A model generated the notes under the pieces. It had not been told where the DNA came from. It made no database searches and was given only the letters and a program-made list of their open reading frames with translations. The translations under genes were made by a program, and so were the position numbers. From Yuukianura sp. NJ FZ-2021 (lineage: Eukaryota): a stretch of 64,000 nucleotides of DNA. Positions 61,977-64,000 of this stretch are shown here, piece by piece. The stretch covers positions 12,276,001 through 12,340,000 of the forward strand of contig CM102286.1 of NCBI GenBank assembly GCA_046563655.1, in the 5' to 3' direction. Each line of letters opens with the position of its first letter. Position 1 is the stretch's first letter.

Positions 61977-64000
61977 CTAACAAGCTTCACCGTAGCCAGA
62001 TTTATAGCAAGCAGTAGTTGAGCCAAAGATCGACTTGAAGTGATCAATGTACATACTGCACATCTCACTGGAGTCAAACTCAAACGTTCCCTTCAGACGG
62101 TAGTTTCTCTCTTCAAAAAATTTGTAAACTCCATAGAAAATATCCTTGTCGCCAGTGCGCATAGCCGCATCCAAAAACTTCCTTGCTTGAACTGAATCGC
62201 TTCTCCCATAACTCTGAACAAACCTAAAATCATGAATAGAGCAATGAAATGTTGTACTACTTCATTAACTTTCCAAATGAAGTACACAACAGAACATTCT
62301 TACCTTAAAGCAGCGATAACTTTCTGTTTGTTAAGGAGGACTTCGACAATTAGATCGTTGGCAATCGATAGCCTCTTCAACATGTCAAGAGCCAACTGAA
62401 GAGAGGCTGGATAAACTCCTTCAAGAGAAAGTAGCAGACATGCCAGCGGCTTTGAATCCGTTACGACGTGACACATGAGGAACTGGTGCAGTTGATAGAA
62501 AGATTTCCTCCGAACCATGGCGTTAATGACAAGTTCATAGATGTAGTGGTTGACCGGGATTTGATATTGTGTAAGAGAACGAATGTACTCCATCATCACG
62601 AAGATTACGTACTGGTCCGTCATGTCTTCCGTCTCTGCTTGTTGGAAATTCGAAAAAATGTTTGTATACAAGTCCTGTTGGTCCACCAAGATCATTCCTT
62701 TGGGACGTAAAACTTCTACACGTCCGGAACTCGGCAATGCCATCTATAAAGTACACCAAAAAGCATAAGCGATTGATGAATTAATGTACAAGTCACATCA
62801 TTCAATTAATTCACCTGTGTTTGTAGTTCAACGTTGAGAAAGCTTCGGTAGTTTTCATTAATGATATCAAATATTTTCGCAACAACTTGATAGTCCGTAA
62901 ACCCCGGCTTGAGAATCGACTCTTGCAAAACGCGAAGCAAATGTTTTTTCCCTTGAGTTCTCTGGAGGAAAAATTCTATTACGCGAACTTTGTCTGGAGT
63001 CAAGTGCCGCAACGGATCAAGTGTCAACTCCAAATTCCATACGCAGCCAAGTTTGGCATCGATAATCACATTAGGTTGAAAAACAACCCAGTTAGTCGAG
63101 TCTACAAAAAAAGTTGAAACATTTCGGTGCTATTTGGTCCATAAATTCCAGGAAAGATTTGCTTAAACTTTAACTTACACAATTCACATTCAATGTCAAC
63201 AGCTTCTCGTCCAGGAGGTGAGGGTACAAGCGGCAATTGAAGCCGAAACGGTTTGATCGGCATCGGAACGACGACTTGTTGATGATAAGTCGAACTTCCA
63301 TCTGAGCCACAGCTCAGTCGCACGTCAAAAAGCATTGAAGTCTATTTCGCAAAAAAATGGACATCATGAAACCTTTAACTTTTTTTAGTTGTTGAAAACT
63401 ATCGTTTACCTTTGAAGCCTGGTGATGTACGATTATCAAGTTGTCAATTACATTGATAGCGAAGCGCCCGCTTGTGTCCAATTTTAACACATGTGACTTG
63501 GTCGTGGAGCCTTCTCTGTTGGTACAAATCAAGCATAACATCAATTATTGGATTATAGCATTATTGGAGTCTCTCCTCGAGTGTAATATTTCAATAGATT
63601 GTAGAGTGTATTGTGCTTTACCTGTTCAAAACATAAACGTCGACTTCTGCTCCAGAACCAGTAGACGTTTTAGGTTTATGTCGGAGTATCAGAACTGCAG
63701 TATGATTGTACAGAGTCACTATTGAGACATCGCGTTCGGGAAAGCTCTGTCGTCCCGTACTTTGGTTTTTCGGTGCACTTGCTAAATCAACTATTGGAAA
63801 ACATATTTATACAATTCAGTCAAAGAATAAAGATACTGATTCAGAAAAAGAGATCAGTTCAAACAATACAGAAACAAAATCCCTCCTTACTGTCAAGTTT
63901 AGGATACTTGTAAAGGGTCTCCGGACCATGATGAAAAGGTTGAAGAATTCCAGCAGAAGATACAAGCAGTGTGCTGCTCTCAGGGGAATGTTGAAACCAG
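61977..64000 (-). CDS. RMC1: Regulator of MON1-CCZ1 (C18orf8/Mic1), 5' part beyond the window
   Basis: GRFAINVIDNLIIVHHQ, IIDAKLGCVW, EYIRSL, YQLHQFLMCHVVTDSKPLACLLLSLE, QLALDMLKRL, RKFLDAA...FFEERNYRL. Stop TAG 61977-61979. Confidence 0.92.

Overview
Gene-dense, intron-rich eukaryotic DNA with mostly 55-100 nt introns, most likely from an arthropod. The organism is inferred from protein similarity and repeat types only. Left third: a tandem array of three Na+/Ca2+ exchanger (NCX/Calx, SLC8) paralogs on the minus strand, then about 7 kb of non-coding upstream sequence. Remainder: PNPT1, a 4-exon 200-aa orphan gene, GCN2, fibrillarin, ATP synthase gamma, ZPR1, IntS8, HUS1, TRNT1, TMEM63, eIF5 and a 5'-truncated RMC1/Mic1. 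Several small non-autonomous DNA transposon families are interspersed. Main finding: a ~480-bp TTAA-flanked element with terminal inverted repeats (TIRs) sits inside the first coding exon of the most conserved NCX gene. Its TIR supplies a 5' splice site and a likely branch point, and a host TTAG is co-opted as acceptor, so splicing would restore a same-length in-frame protein. This looks like an introner-type, transposon-made intron absent from both neighbouring paralogs. Also noted: a poor-context uORF ending at the eIF5 start, a possible spliced RMC1-eIF5 read-through, a Cys-pair loop in all three NCX paralogs, and a probable assembly frameshift in ATP synthase gamma. All gene models were assembled by eye and lack transcript support.
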